A DNA stretch of 63,538 nucleotides, filler included. It is 7 parts of 7 records of this genome, joined end to end, with 100 filler letters (N's around TTAATTAATTAA, not from the genome) between each part and the next. Parts side by side here need not be neighbours in the genome. Positions count along the whole stretch, not along the records: positions 1 to 12,523 come from DRR723986_16612; positions 12,624 to 21,214 come from DRR723986_16613; 5 more parts are not named here. The stretch is one strand, 5' to 3'. The notes under the pieces are model-generated. The model saw nothing but the letters and a program-made list of their open reading frames with translations. It was not told the origin of the DNA and did not search any database. A program made the position numbers and the translations under genes. Position 1 is the first letter of the stretch. Each line of letters starts with the position of its first letter. Positions 9,401-17,888 of this stretch are shown here, piece after piece.

Positions 9401-12256
9401 ATGGCTGACAAGGCCGAGCTGATCTCCGCCTCCATGACCAGCGGTACCGACCGGATCGACGAGACCCTCGATGCGCGTGCCCGCCAGATCTCCGAAACCC
9501 TGATTTCCCGCACAAAGGAAATCGCCAAGGCCTTTGTCGACGGTCAGGACGAGATGACCTCTGCCCTCGACAACCGTCTGGCGGAAGCCGGCAGCGTGCT
9601 GGGCAAGCAGAGCGAGCAGCTGACGGAATCCCTGTCCGAGCGGATCGCCGAGATCAACGTCTCCCTGGGTGCCAAGGTGTTCGAGGTTGCCGAAACCCTC
9701 GACAGCCGCGCCACCCAGCTGGAAACGCTGCTGAATGAGCGTCTGGAAAGCATTTCCGGCACCCTCACCGGCGAGAGCGAGCGTGCCCGTGACATTCTCA
9801 CGGCCGTTATCTCCGAAGCCGGAGCAACGCTCTCCACCGAAAGCACGCGTCTGCGTGATGTGGTTCAGGAAGCGGTCACCGCCGCTGTCCAGACCCTCTC
9901 CGACGAACGCAATCGTACGGTCGAAATCGTCGACAGTGCTCTCAGCCAGGCGACGGAGAAGCTCTCCGGTGAAGGCGATCGCATGCGCCAGATCGTCCTG
10001 GGCTCCGTCGGCGAAGCTCGCGGCGTCCTGGTTGGCGAAAGCCAGAAGGCAGCCGATGCGGTTACCTCTGCAATGAGCCAGGCTACCGGCGCGATGTCCG
10101 GTGAAAGCGGCAAGATCCGCGAGCTGGTTCTCAGCGCGGTTGGCGATGCCGCCCGCGCCATGGCTGCTGAAAGCGAAAAGGCCCGTACACTCTACGCTGG
10201 CACCCTGGCCGAGTTCTCCGGGTCTCTGACCGGCGAAAGCGACAAGGTCCGCAACGAACTGTCCGGCCTGATTGCCGAAATCTCCGGCAACCTGTCCGCC
10301 GAAAGCGAGCAGGCCCGCATGACACTGGCGAAAACGCTGGAGGAAATCCGCGGCCAGATGTCGAGCGAAGCCGGTATGGTTCGTGCCCGCGTCAACAGCG
10401 CCGTTACCGAAGCAGCAGATCTTCTGGTCGGCCGCGGCAACGAGGTCGCCAACGAACTGCTCGACAAGGCAACGGCGCTCAACGAAGCCTTCGGCGCCCG
10501 TTCCGGCGAACTGGCGAAGATCGTCGGCACCGACGGCAACGAACTCATCAGCGCCATCGAACTGCGTGCCAACGACCTTACCGGACGCCTGTCCGAGGTC
10601 CACACGGCGATCCTGGAAGCCATCACGGTCAAGGGCCGCGATGTCACCGATACATTCGCCCATACCGGCCTCGACGCGACCCGCTCGCTGGTGGAAGCCG
10701 GCGACCGTATCGTCGCCAGCATCAACGAGCGCAGCGAACAGGCAACCACCCTGCTCACCGACACCAAGCGTCGGCTGGAAGCGGACGTTACCGAGATCCT
10801 CAACAAGATCGAGACGTCCAACAGCAACCTGCAGGGTATCGTCGCGACTGCGGGCGAGAACCTCAACGAAGTGGAGGGCAACCTGGCCCGCCGCGCCGGC
10901 GAGTTCCGCTCTGCCGTCGACCGGGCGGTTTCGGAAACCAACTCCACCACGGCCCTCATCACCGAACAGGTTGCAAACCTGCGCGATGTGACGGACACCA
11001 CGCTGGCGGACATCAAGAACCTCACCGGCCGCTTCGGCGACCAGTCGGAGGAACTGACCAAGGCAGCCCGTCACCTGGAAGACACCAACCGCTCCGTCGA
11101 GAGCCGTGTCTCCGAGCGCCGGACTGCGATCGAGGACGTTGCGGACACGCTTCTGGCGAAGACCGAAGCCGTCGACACGCTCATGCGCTCCTTCACCAAG
11201 ACCCTGTCCGAAACGCTGGAAACGGCAGACGACAAGGCACGCGATGCAGCCAACATGCTGTCCGCGGCGGCTGAAGCAGCGTCCAAGCAGGTGTCCGAGC
11301 AGTTCGAATCCATGCGCCTCACGGCAGGCATGGAGGGCCAGAAGGCCCGCGAAGCGATCCGCTCCGCACAGGACGACATCATCGCCGAGATGACCCGCAC
11401 CGTTACCGAAGCGTCCGATCGCTTCAACGATGCGGCCGCCCGGATGCGCGATGTTGCCCGCGACGTTCACCGCGAGCTGGAAGCAACCCGCAGCGAACTG
11501 AAACAGGGTGTCCTGAACCTGCCGGAAGAAGCGGAAGAATCTTCCGCAGCGCTGCGCAAGGTGGTCAACGAGCAGATCCGCGCTCTGACGGAACTCTCCG
11601 AGATTGTCGCCAAGCAGTCCAACGCGCTCGACATCTCCCGGCCGCAGGCCCAGGCAGCAGTGGCAAGCGCCGCTCCTGCTCCTGCCCCGCAGCAGCAGGC
11701 TCCGGTGAACTATGCTCCGGCAGCCCCTGCCCGTCAGCAGAGCGCTCCGGCAAGCGAACCGCGTCCGGCACCGGTCACCACTCGCCGGCAGCAGCCGGCC
11801 CCTGCCGAAACCACCAGTTCCGGTGGCAAGGGTTGGGTTGCCGACCTGCTGCGCCGCGCCTCGCGCGACGACGATGCCGGTTCGGACACGGACATGAGCC
11901 GCACGCCGCTGCACACGGTTGAAAGCCTCAACTCGCTGTCGGTCGACATTGCCCGCGCCATCGATCACGAAACTTTCGTCGATCTGTGGAATCGCTACCG
12001 CAATGGCGAACGCCACGTGTTCACCCGCCGCCTCTACACGCTGCAGGGTCAGCAGACCTTCGACGAAATCCGTCAGAAGTACTCTCGCGATCCGGAGTTC
12101 CGCACTGCTGTCGAACGGTATGTGGCAGACTTCGAGCAGCTCCTGGCCCAGGTATCGCGCAATGACCGCGACAACATGCTCGGCCAGACGTACCTGACGT
12201 CGGACACCGGCAAGGTCTACACCATGCTGGCCCACGCCAGCGGCCGGCTCGACTAA
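6482..12256 (+). CDS. Large membrane-anchored helical scaffold, Growth Pole Ring (GPR)/RgsE-like apolipoprotein-repeat protein
   Basis: 1924 aa; two N-terminal TM helices, about 1500 aa of amphipathic 11/22-residue repeats, a Pro/Ala/Gln linker, and a conserved-looking C-terminus YLTSDTGKVYTMLAHASGRL as in Hyphomicrobiales GPR/RgsE. Confidence 0.8.
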   Translation: MANPTKAKDPAEAALSAVEEALKLDFGGPDTTETTSAAEASPAQAEPARRSQGETRGQSQREEQRQSRRRGRGGRPPAANDDRRNIGNLIYSLQRRPSSAPFWGALALSALWAALGSSLFMTAFPDKVGSLTDPQTLLSSPEMILAVVGIVVPIIFFFVMAMMIWRAQEMRIVARGMTEVALRLAEPEDMAKESILSVGQAIRREVAAMGDGIERAIARASELEVLVHNEVSSLERSYNDNELKIRALIDELISQRESIVMNAERVRETIAGAHESFASQLSSTSGELGSTVDHATQRMIDAVNSRVEELTSTVDSRIESLGATLNASGNELVDSLTVRAEDYVARLSSTGNDLVDSLAETGSTMWETLTARGNEVNERFADTANTFVETLSARSTTINETLATSSNSVINTLSEKADEFRLTLETTGNNVGEVITARGEEINANLSLTSGRLIDTITSRTEELVATVDNRVTTLDESLAETGNRVVESISEKGQAVTDTISIRGAEIVETLSSRSTEVAEILRGTGESIVVDLSLRGGEIASKLDETAGSLTQTISVRGGELAEKLDNISERIYTAISINGSELDERLAARSNEMATILEQQTIGFRETLESVSGEFSASLGDQTGALTQKLAETGTQLAELIGSRGDRVAGDINQISGKIAETLEVRGQALQDGLSSRLTELETIVTDRGGQLIDAFDTKTLLLSEALDSRLSTLDTTFATRIDSMDASLGDRIATMDASLDQRYSAIDATLTDRIAAMDATLEQRYTAIDTTLTDRIATMDATLEQRYTAIDTTLTDRIATMDSSLEHRFTTMDAGLGERIGTMDASLEQRYALMDATLTDRISTLDISLEHRLSSMDSSLSERISTMDSSLGSHINTLDLTLDQRTAAFEATLEARTQILSDAIENRTTGISDALEEKTRNITDVLADRSDAITLQLGQRIEAAGNTLAERAEEIGQSLSQRVDTATSAMADKAELISASMTSGTDRIDETLDARARQISETLISRTKEIAKAFVDGQDEMTSALDNRLAEAGSVLGKQSEQLTESLSERIAEINVSLGAKVFEVAETLDSRATQLETLLNERLESISGTLTGESERARDILTAVISEAGATLSTESTRLRDVVQEAVTAAVQTLSDERNRTVEIVDSALSQATEKLSGEGDRMRQIVLGSVGEARGVLVGESQKAADAVTSAMSQATGAMSGESGKIRELVLSAVGDAARAMAAESEKARTLYAGTLAEFSGSLTGESDKVRNELSGLIAEISGNLSAESEQARMTLAKTLEEIRGQMSSEAGMVRARVNSAVTEAADLLVGRGNEVANELLDKATALNEAFGARSGELAKIVGTDGNELISAIELRANDLTGRLSEVHTAILEAITVKGRDVTDTFAHTGLDATRSLVEAGDRIVASINERSEQATTLLTDTKRRLEADVTEILNKIETSNSNLQGIVATAGENLNEVEGNLARRAGEFRSAVDRAVSETNSTTALITEQVANLRDVTDTTLADIKNLTGRFGDQSEELTKAARHLEDTNRSVESRVSERRTAIEDVADTLLAKTEAVDTLMRSFTKTLSETLETADDKARDAANMLSAAAEAASKQVSEQFESMRLTAGMEGQKAREAIRSAQDDIIAEMTRTVTEASDRFNDAAARMRDVARDVHRELEATRSELKQGVLNLPEEAEESSAALRKVVNEQIRALTELSEIVAKQSNALDISRPQAQAAVASAAPAPAPQQQAPVNYAPAAPARQQSAPASEPRPAPVTTRRQQPAPAETTSSGGKGWVADLLRRASRDDDAGSDTDMSRTPLHTVESLNSLSVDIARAIDHETFVDLWNRYRNGERHVFTRRLYTLQGQQTFDEIRQKYSRDPEFRTAVERYVADFEQLLAQVSRNDRDNMLGQTYLTSDTGKVYTMLAHASGRLD
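8630..9157 (+). repeat. Intragenic tandem repeat, 16 x 33 bp (11 aa) with 66-bp higher-order period
   Basis: Units such as MDATLEQRYTA / IDTTLTDRIAT; 8762-8827 and 8828-8893 differ by only 3 synonymous bases. Confidence 0.9.
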
Positions 12257-12276
12257 GAGACGGACAGTCAGACACG

Positions 12277-12305
12277 AAAAAGGCGGCCACTGGCCGCCTT
12301 TTTTA
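12277..12305 (+). terminator. Intrinsic terminator after the GPR-like gene
   Basis: AAAAAGGCGGCCA-C-TGGCCGCCTTTTTT. Confidence 0.85.
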
Positions 12306-12523
12306 TTTGCAGGGGCAAAAACGGCCGCCGACTTCATCGCTGTACGCAAGCAACCCGTTCAAGGCCAACTACCTGCATGAGCTCAAAACGGTATCAAAAT
12401 CCTCCCAAGCGAAGCAGAGCGTCGGGGGACACCCGCATTTCCGCTTGGATGGGACTGCGGGCATTCCAAAGTAACGCCCGCACCGACCCACCAACGCTCT
12501 GCAAACGAGTAGGCCCCGGGTCT

Positions 12524-12623
12524 NNNNNNNNNNNNNNNNNNNNNNNNNNNNNNNNNNNNNNNNNNNNTTAATTAATTAANNNNNNNNNNNNNNNNNNNNN
12601 NNNNNNNNNNNNNNNNNNNNNNN
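12524..12623. other. Artificial contig spacer
   Basis: 44 N + TTAATTAATTAA (stops in all six frames) + 44 N. Confidence 0.98.
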
Positions 12624-12624
12624 C

Positions 12625-14064
12625 GACAAGGTCAGCTTTGGCAGCCGCGCGATCTGTTTCGCCAAACGCCCACTTGAAATCCTTGACCGTCTGGGTTGCG
12701 GCCAGCCGATGGTCGACAAGGGTGTGCAGTGGAACGTGGGCAAGGTCTTTTTCGATGACCGTCAGGTGTACGACTTCAACCTTTTGCCCGAAGGGGGCCA
12801 CAAACGTCCTGCCTTTATCAACCTGCAACAGTACTACTTCGAAGAGTACATGGTGAACCGGGTCTTTGAATTGCAGGCCCAGGGCGCGCCCATCGAAATC
12901 CGAGGCCGCAACAAGGTTTCGGCTGTTGGCACCCACCCCGAACATGTCACGCTGGAAATCGACACCCCCGAAGGGTCGTACAATCTCGAAGCCGACTGGA
13001 TCATTGCCTGTGACGGTGCGGGCTCGCCAATGCGGTCCATGATGGGCAAAGATTTCGTTGGTCGCGTGTTCGAAGACAACTTCCTGATCGCCGACGTGGT
13101 GATGGAGGCCGATTTCCCAACCGAGCGCTGGTTCTGGTTCGATCCGCCCTTTAACAAAGGCCAATCCGCGCTGCTGCACAAACAACCCGATGGCGTCTGG
13201 CGCATCGATCTGCAACTGGGCTGGGACATTGATAAGGAACGCGAAAAGCGTCCCGAAAACGTGATCCCGCGCCTCAAGGCGATGCTGGGCGACGATGTGG
13301 ATTTTGAATTGGAATGGGTCAGCATCTACACCTTCCAATGTCGCCGCATGGAACAATTCCGCCATGGCCGCGTGTTGTTTGCCGGCGACTCGGCCCACCA
13401 AGTTTCGCCCTTTGGCGCGCGTGGCGCCAACTCGGGTCTGCAAGACACCGACAACCTGTGCTGGAAACTGAAACTGGTGATGGACGGCAAAGCGCCCGAA
13501 AGCCTGCTCGACAGCTATGATGCCGAACGGGTTTACGGCGCAGACGAAAACATCCTGAATTCGTCGCGTTCCACCGACTTCATCACCCCCAAATCCGAAA
13601 TGTCCCGCCTGCTGCGCGACGCGGTTCTGGACCTGAGCGAACATCACGAATTTGCCCGCCCGTTGGTGAACTCGGGCCGTTTGTCAGTGCCTTGCACTTA
13701 TGACGGATCGTTGCTCAATTCAGCCGACGCATTGGATGGCCCGGCGCGCACCCGCCCCGGATCCTCCTGCCCGGATGCGCCATTAGGTGATGAATTCTTG
13801 CTGCCCAAACTGGCGGACAAGTTCACCCTGCTCACCATCGACGCTGACGCGCCCGACCTGATCATCGAGGACGGCGTCGAAGTCACCCGCCTCGCGCTGT
13901 CGGTCAAAGACGATGCAACACTGGCATTGAAAGAGCGGTATCTGGGTGACCAGACCAGCGGCGTTTACCTGATCCGCCCCGATCAGCACGTCGCCGCCCG
14001 CCGCCCCTCGTTCGATGAAAACCAATTTCGCGCCGCCATCCGCCGCGCCACTGGTAAGGAGTGA
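12625..14064 (+). CDS. FAD-dependent aromatic monooxygenase (MhaA/MhpA-like), 5' truncated
   Basis: Frame is open from the contig edge (DKVSFGSRAICFAKR); IIACDGAGS and RVLFAGDSAHQVSPFGARGANSG flavoprotein fingerprints; C-terminal LIRPDQHVAAR. Confidence 0.9.
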   Translation, partial: DKVSFGSRAICFAKRPLEILDRLGCGQPMVDKGVQWNVGKVFFDDRQVYDFNLLPEGGHKRPAFINLQQYYFEEYMVNRVFELQAQGAPIEIRGRNKVSAVGTHPEHVTLEIDTPEGSYNLEADWIIACDGAGSPMRSMMGKDFVGRVFEDNFLIADVVMEADFPTERWFWFDPPFNKGQSALLHKQPDGVWRIDLQLGWDIDKEREKRPENVIPRLKAMLGDDVDFELEWVSIYTFQCRRMEQFRHGRVLFAGDSAHQVSPFGARGANSGLQDTDNLCWKLKLVMDGKAPESLLDSYDAERVYGADENILNSSRSTDFITPKSEMSRLLRDAVLDLSEHHEFARPLVNSGRLSVPCTYDGSLLNSADALDGPARTRPGSSCPDAPLGDEFLLPKLADKFTLLTIDADAPDLIIEDGVEVTRLALSVKDDATLALKERYLGDQTSGVYLIRPDQHVAARRPSFDENQFRAAIRRATGKE

Positions 14065-14069
14065 TAGAT

Positions 14070-14270
14070 ATGTCCGACCTGACCTTGACCCCAAACATTG
14101 ACGGTGCAGATGATTTCTACGCCGAGCTACTCGCCACCCACGAGGGCCTCGAAAAGGCTGACAGCGACGCGTTGAACGCGCGGCTGGTTCTGGTGTTGGC
14201 CAACCATATTGGAAACCGCGCGATCCTGACCCAGGCGTTGGCTGCTGCCGCGCTCAAAAAGGAGGTTTAA
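14070..14270 (+). CDS. DUF2783-family small protein (possible hydroxylase coupling subunit)
   Basis: DDFYAELLATHEGL...NARLVLVLANHIG; 66 aa, directly downstream of the monooxygenase. Confidence 0.8.
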   Translation: MSDLTLTPNIDGADDFYAELLATHEGLEKADSDALNARLVLVLANHIGNRAILTQALAAAALKKEV

Positions 14271-14274
14271 CCCG

Positions 14275-14817
14275 ATGAAAATCGAACAAATCCACCACGT
14301 TGCCTATCGTTGCAAAGATGCAAAAGAGACGGTTGAATGGTACAATCAAAAACTCAAGATGGACTTTGTTCTGGCCATCGCCGAGGACCACGTGCCCTCG
14401 ACCCACGAACCCGATCCCTACATGCATATCTTTATGGATGCGGGCAACGGCAACGTCTTGGCGTTCTTTGAACTGCCGACCAAACCAGAGATGGGCCGCG
14501 ATCCCAACACCCCGATCTGGGTGCAGCACATTGCGTTCAAGGTCAAAGACCGCGACACCTTGATTGAATTCAAAGAACACCTTGAGGCCAGTGGTGTTGA
14601 CGTTCTGGGCGTTACCGATCACTCGATCTTTCACTCGATCTATTTCTTTGATCCCAATGGCCACCGCGTAGAACTGGCCTGCCCCGACCCCAAAGAAGAG
14701 GCGATGCTGGCCAAGCTCGACGCCGTGAAATGGGACATGTTGGACGAATGGTCCCGCACCAAAAAGGCCCCAAAACACGCGGAATGGATGCACTCAAAAG
14801 AACTGAGTGACGTCTGA
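14275..14817 (+). CDS. VOC (glyoxalase/bleomycin-resistance/dioxygenase) family protein
   Basis: IHHVAY, QHIAF and SIYFFDPNGHRVEL motifs; RBS AAGGAGG. Confidence 0.9.
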   Translation: MKIEQIHHVAYRCKDAKETVEWYNQKLKMDFVLAIAEDHVPSTHEPDPYMHIFMDAGNGNVLAFFELPTKPEMGRDPNTPIWVQHIAFKVKDRDTLIEFKEHLEASGVDVLGVTDHSIFHSIYFFDPNGHRVELACPDPKEEAMLAKLDAVKWDMLDEWSRTKKAPKHAEWMHSKELSDV

Positions 14818-14900
14818 TCCCACCCCGGTGCATAGTTGCACTTGAGACCTTTCAAGCAACCGGCGCAGGTCGGTTGCTTTTTGCATAAACGGAGACCCCG

Positions 14901-15545
14901 ATGACCGAGACGATCCTTTTTGATTACTGGCGCTCTTCGGCCAGCTACCGATTGCGCATCGCGCTGAACATGGCCGGGATCAACTATCAATCCATCAACG
15001 TGGATCTGGTAAAAGGGGATCAAAAGTCACCCGAACATCTGGCGCGCAATCCCCAAGGGTTCGTGCCGGTTTTGGAAATTGACGGGCTGCGCCTGACCCA
15101 ATCGCTGGCGATCCTAGACTATTTGGATCAAACCCGGGATCTGGGCCTGCTGCCCAAAGACCCCGCCGCACGCGCCCAAGCCCAAGCTTTGACGCAGGCC
15201 ATTGCCGTGGACCTGCACCCCGTCTGTAACCTGCAGGTCGCCAAACACGCCACCCAGATCAGCGGTGGCGCTGATGGGATGCCCGGCACTTGGATGACCC
15301 ACTTTATCCGCCCCGGGATGCAGGCGTTTGAAACACTGCTCAGCGCCTATGAGCAGACCCCATTTTGCACCGGAAAAACCCCCGGCCTGGCCGACATTTG
15401 CCTAATGCCACAGGTCTACAATGCCCGCCGCTGGGGTGCTGACATCAGTGATATGCCCCGCGTTCTGGCGGTGGAATCAGCCTGTGCTGCCCATCCCGCC
15501 TTTGCCGCCGCGCACCCGGATCAATGCCAACCTACCCTAGCGTAA
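14901..15545 (+). CDS. maiA: Maleylacetoacetate isomerase (zeta-class GST)
   Basis: YWRSSASYRLRIAL, NPQGFVP, ADICLMPQVYNARRW and AAHPDQ motifs. Confidence 0.9.
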   Translation: MTETILFDYWRSSASYRLRIALNMAGINYQSINVDLVKGDQKSPEHLARNPQGFVPVLEIDGLRLTQSLAILDYLDQTRDLGLLPKDPAARAQAQALTQAIAVDLHPVCNLQVAKHATQISGGADGMPGTWMTHFIRPGMQAFETLLSAYEQTPFCTGKTPGLADICLMPQVYNARRWGADISDMPRVLAVESACAAHPAFAAAHPDQCQPTLA

Positions 15546-15669
15546 CGTTGGGGAACTTCACCCGTAACGCACAAATCCATGCCATCGCTCCCCTTTGGCG
15601 ATAGCAAACGCATGTTACGCTCCTCCCTGCTCCGGCTCGTTTTTGCCGGACCATTGGGAGGAGAAGACA

Positions 15670-16614
15670 TTGAAGACAGCATTTTTTACAGGCCTCGCCT
15701 GCGCCCTCAGCTTTGCCACCAGCGGCTGGGCTGCCGATTGCACCACATCCAAATGGGGCGCCGATGATGAAATCGGCTCTGCCAATCTGGTCAGTCCAGA
15801 AAACACGCTCAAGGCGGCACAGCTGATCAAACAGGGCAAATCCATGCCACTGGGCATCGTGATTGACTCCAACACACCTGCCTTTCCACCACGCTCGCTT
15901 AGCCTGCAGGTGGTCCAGCCCAGCCAGCAAGGCGGGCAAAAGCTTGACGCGTTTGGCTATCCCGGCAACTACAACGATGACCTGCTGCAAACTTGGGTCG
16001 GCATCGGCAGCCAGATCGACGGCCTGGGCCATCTGGGCGAAAAGGGTTTCTATTACAACTGCTCAGATGAGAAAGAGATTTCAGCCATTACTGGCCTGAC
16101 CAAGCTGGGCGTTCATAACGTGCCCCCGCTAGTGGGCCGCGCTGTGATCCTTGATATGGCCAAACACTTTGGCAAACCTGCGCTCGCAGCCGGGGAACAC
16201 TTTGGCGAGGCTGACATCAAAGCCGCAGCCGAGGCCCAAGGCGTCACCATGGGCGAAGGCGACATCATCCTGTTCCACACCGGCTGGACCGACGCGATGT
16301 TGAAAGATGATCCCAAGGCATGGGTGTCCGGCGAGCCCGGCATCAACAACGAAGGATCCCGTTACATCGCCTCGCTCAATCCGATGGCGGTTGGGGCTGA
16401 CACTTGGGGTGTTGAACCTGTGCCCGCCGCCGAAGGGGACGGCGTGTTCTATGGCCACGTGATCTTTCTGAAAGAAAACGGCATCTACCTGCTGGAAACT
16501 ATGAACACCGGTCCGCTGGTGGCCGAAGGCGTGAACGAATTCATGTTCGTCCTCGGTCAGGCCCGCATCCGCGGCACTGTGCAGATGATCATCAACCCGG
16601 TCGCTCTGTACTAA
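15670..16614 (+). CDS. Cyclase-family metal-dependent hydrolase with signal peptide
   Basis: TTG start after GGGAGGAG; KWGADDEIGSAN, GSQIDGLGH, VGADTWGVE and GIYLLE motifs. Confidence 0.85.
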   Translation: MKTAFFTGLACALSFATSGWAADCTTSKWGADDEIGSANLVSPENTLKAAQLIKQGKSMPLGIVIDSNTPAFPPRSLSLQVVQPSQQGGQKLDAFGYPGNYNDDLLQTWVGIGSQIDGLGHLGEKGFYYNCSDEKEISAITGLTKLGVHNVPPLVGRAVILDMAKHFGKPALAAGEHFGEADIKAAAEAQGVTMGEGDIILFHTGWTDAMLKDDPKAWVSGEPGINNEGSRYIASLNPMAVGADTWGVEPVPAAEGDGVFYGHVIFLKENGIYLLETMNTGPLVAEGVNEFMFVLGQARIRGTVQMIINPVALY

Positions 16615-16621
16615 TTCATAA

Positions 16622-16648
16622 CCACGCGCAGATCGCATCTGCGCGTGG
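16622..16648. terminator. Hairpin between convergent genes
   Basis: CCACGCGCAGAT-CGC-ATCTGCGCGTGG, a 12-bp perfect stem with only a weak U-tract. Confidence 0.55.
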
Positions 16649-16683
16649 GCTTTGCGAATCCTGAGCTTTCAATAATAGGTTGC

Positions 16684-17223
16684 TTATTCCATCTGATAAG
16701 TCGGGTTTTCGGCATCCGTCACGCGGATTTTATTGGGAAACTTAATGGCCGTGTTGCTCGTTTCGAATTCGGGGCGCCATTTCTTATTCGTCGCCCAACA
16801 CGGGACCTGAACTCCTTTCAGAACCTTCAGATCCGCCGGGTAATACGTCCGAAACAAAGGTGCTTTGAACTTTGCCCGCAACCGCTTTGCTTCCGCTGTG
16901 TTTATGTTGTGCAAGCGAGGCATAGATCCCAAACCACCCTTGATCGTACGATAACCAGCTTTGACTTTTGCATGGTGTTTAAAGCCAGAGTGGCCCAATC
17001 GTCCAAAATAGGCTGCACAGACAACGGTCCGCCCGTTTTTCTCGAAAACACTGTGGGCAGTGACGACATTGTAAAACTCAACCCCGCCTACCTTAGTAGG
17101 CTTCCCTTTTCCTACAATCTTAAAGCTCTCATCAATCAACTGCGCCGACTCTGCGCTTAACACCCCTACACCCGACAGCGCCGCCAATGAAATTGCTAAC
17201 GACACAACTCTTACGATTTTCAT
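16684..17223 (-). CDS. Hypothetical exported basic protein
   Basis: 179 aa, N-terminal signal-like segment, RBS GGGAAG, lower GC than neighbouring genes. Confidence 0.65.
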   Translation of the reverse strand: MKIVRVVSLAISLAALSGVGVLSAESAQLIDESFKIVGKGKPTKVGGVEFYNVVTAHSVFEKNGRTVVCAAYFGRLGHSGFKHHAKVKAGYRTIKGGLGSMPRLHNINTAEAKRLRAKFKAPLFRTYYPADLKVLKGVQVPCWATNKKWRPEFETSNTAIKFPNKIRVTDAENPTYQME

Positions 17224-17445
17224 TCACTTCCCTTTTCCGCAAATACCATGTGCAACGGATTCTATTATCTAAATGCTATCAGCGTTCTATTCATTAAATT
17301 GATCACTGAATGCACTCAACTTAAAAATGACTGACGTAAAGAACACATGCCATTTTGTAGCAATGCACAGAAGCTGTGAAACTATGGGGGCTTGGCTCTT
17401 ATGTGCTTCGTGATAGCCTCACCCCAGATGACAGGAGACCCCAAA

Positions 17446-17781
17446 ATGCCCGAAATTCGCGGCTATCACGCCCATGTCTATTTTGATGCAGAAACCGTTG
17501 AAAACGCCCGCGCCGTCTGCGCCGAATCCGCGCGTCTGTTCAACGTCACAATGGGGCGCGTCCACGAACGCAATGTCGGTCCGCATCCCCGGTGGAGCTG
17601 CCAGTTGGGCTTTGCCCCCGAAGTGTTCGATCAAGTGATCCCGTGGCTGATGATGAACCGCCAAGGGCTGACCATCTTTACCCACCCGGACACCGGCGAA
17701 CATCTGCAAGATCACCGGGATCGCGCGCTGTGGATGGGCGAGCTATTAGAGCTGGATCTGTCCATTTTCGACGGCGCCTGA
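17446..17781 (+). CDS. DOPA 4,5-dioxygenase family protein
   Basis: GYHAHVYFD, VGPHPRWSCQ and HPDTG..DHRDRALWMG motifs; RBS AGGAG. Confidence 0.9.
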   Translation: MPEIRGYHAHVYFDAETVENARAVCAESARLFNVTMGRVHERNVGPHPRWSCQLGFAPEVFDQVIPWLMMNRQGLTIFTHPDTGEHLQDHRDRALWMGELLELDLSIFDGA

Positions 17782-17888
17782 TCGCCTCGGTCAAATTCCG
17801 ACCCTGATGTCGCAGCTTGTGTTGGCGCGCAGAAAATACTGTGCCTAACCTACGTCAAACGCTGCCTTTCAGGATCGGAGACCACGCC

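Noticed and set aside
8615..12349. 1244-aa antisense ORF
   Set aside because: It lies almost entirely opposite the GPR-like gene and has no recognisable motifs; it is a shadow ORF of GC-biased codon usage
12568..12579. TTAATTAATTAA repeated six times across the window as a possible biological repeat
   Set aside because: Always centred in 44+44 N; it is a synthetic six-frame-stop linker. ORFs running into X-stretches are artefacts of it
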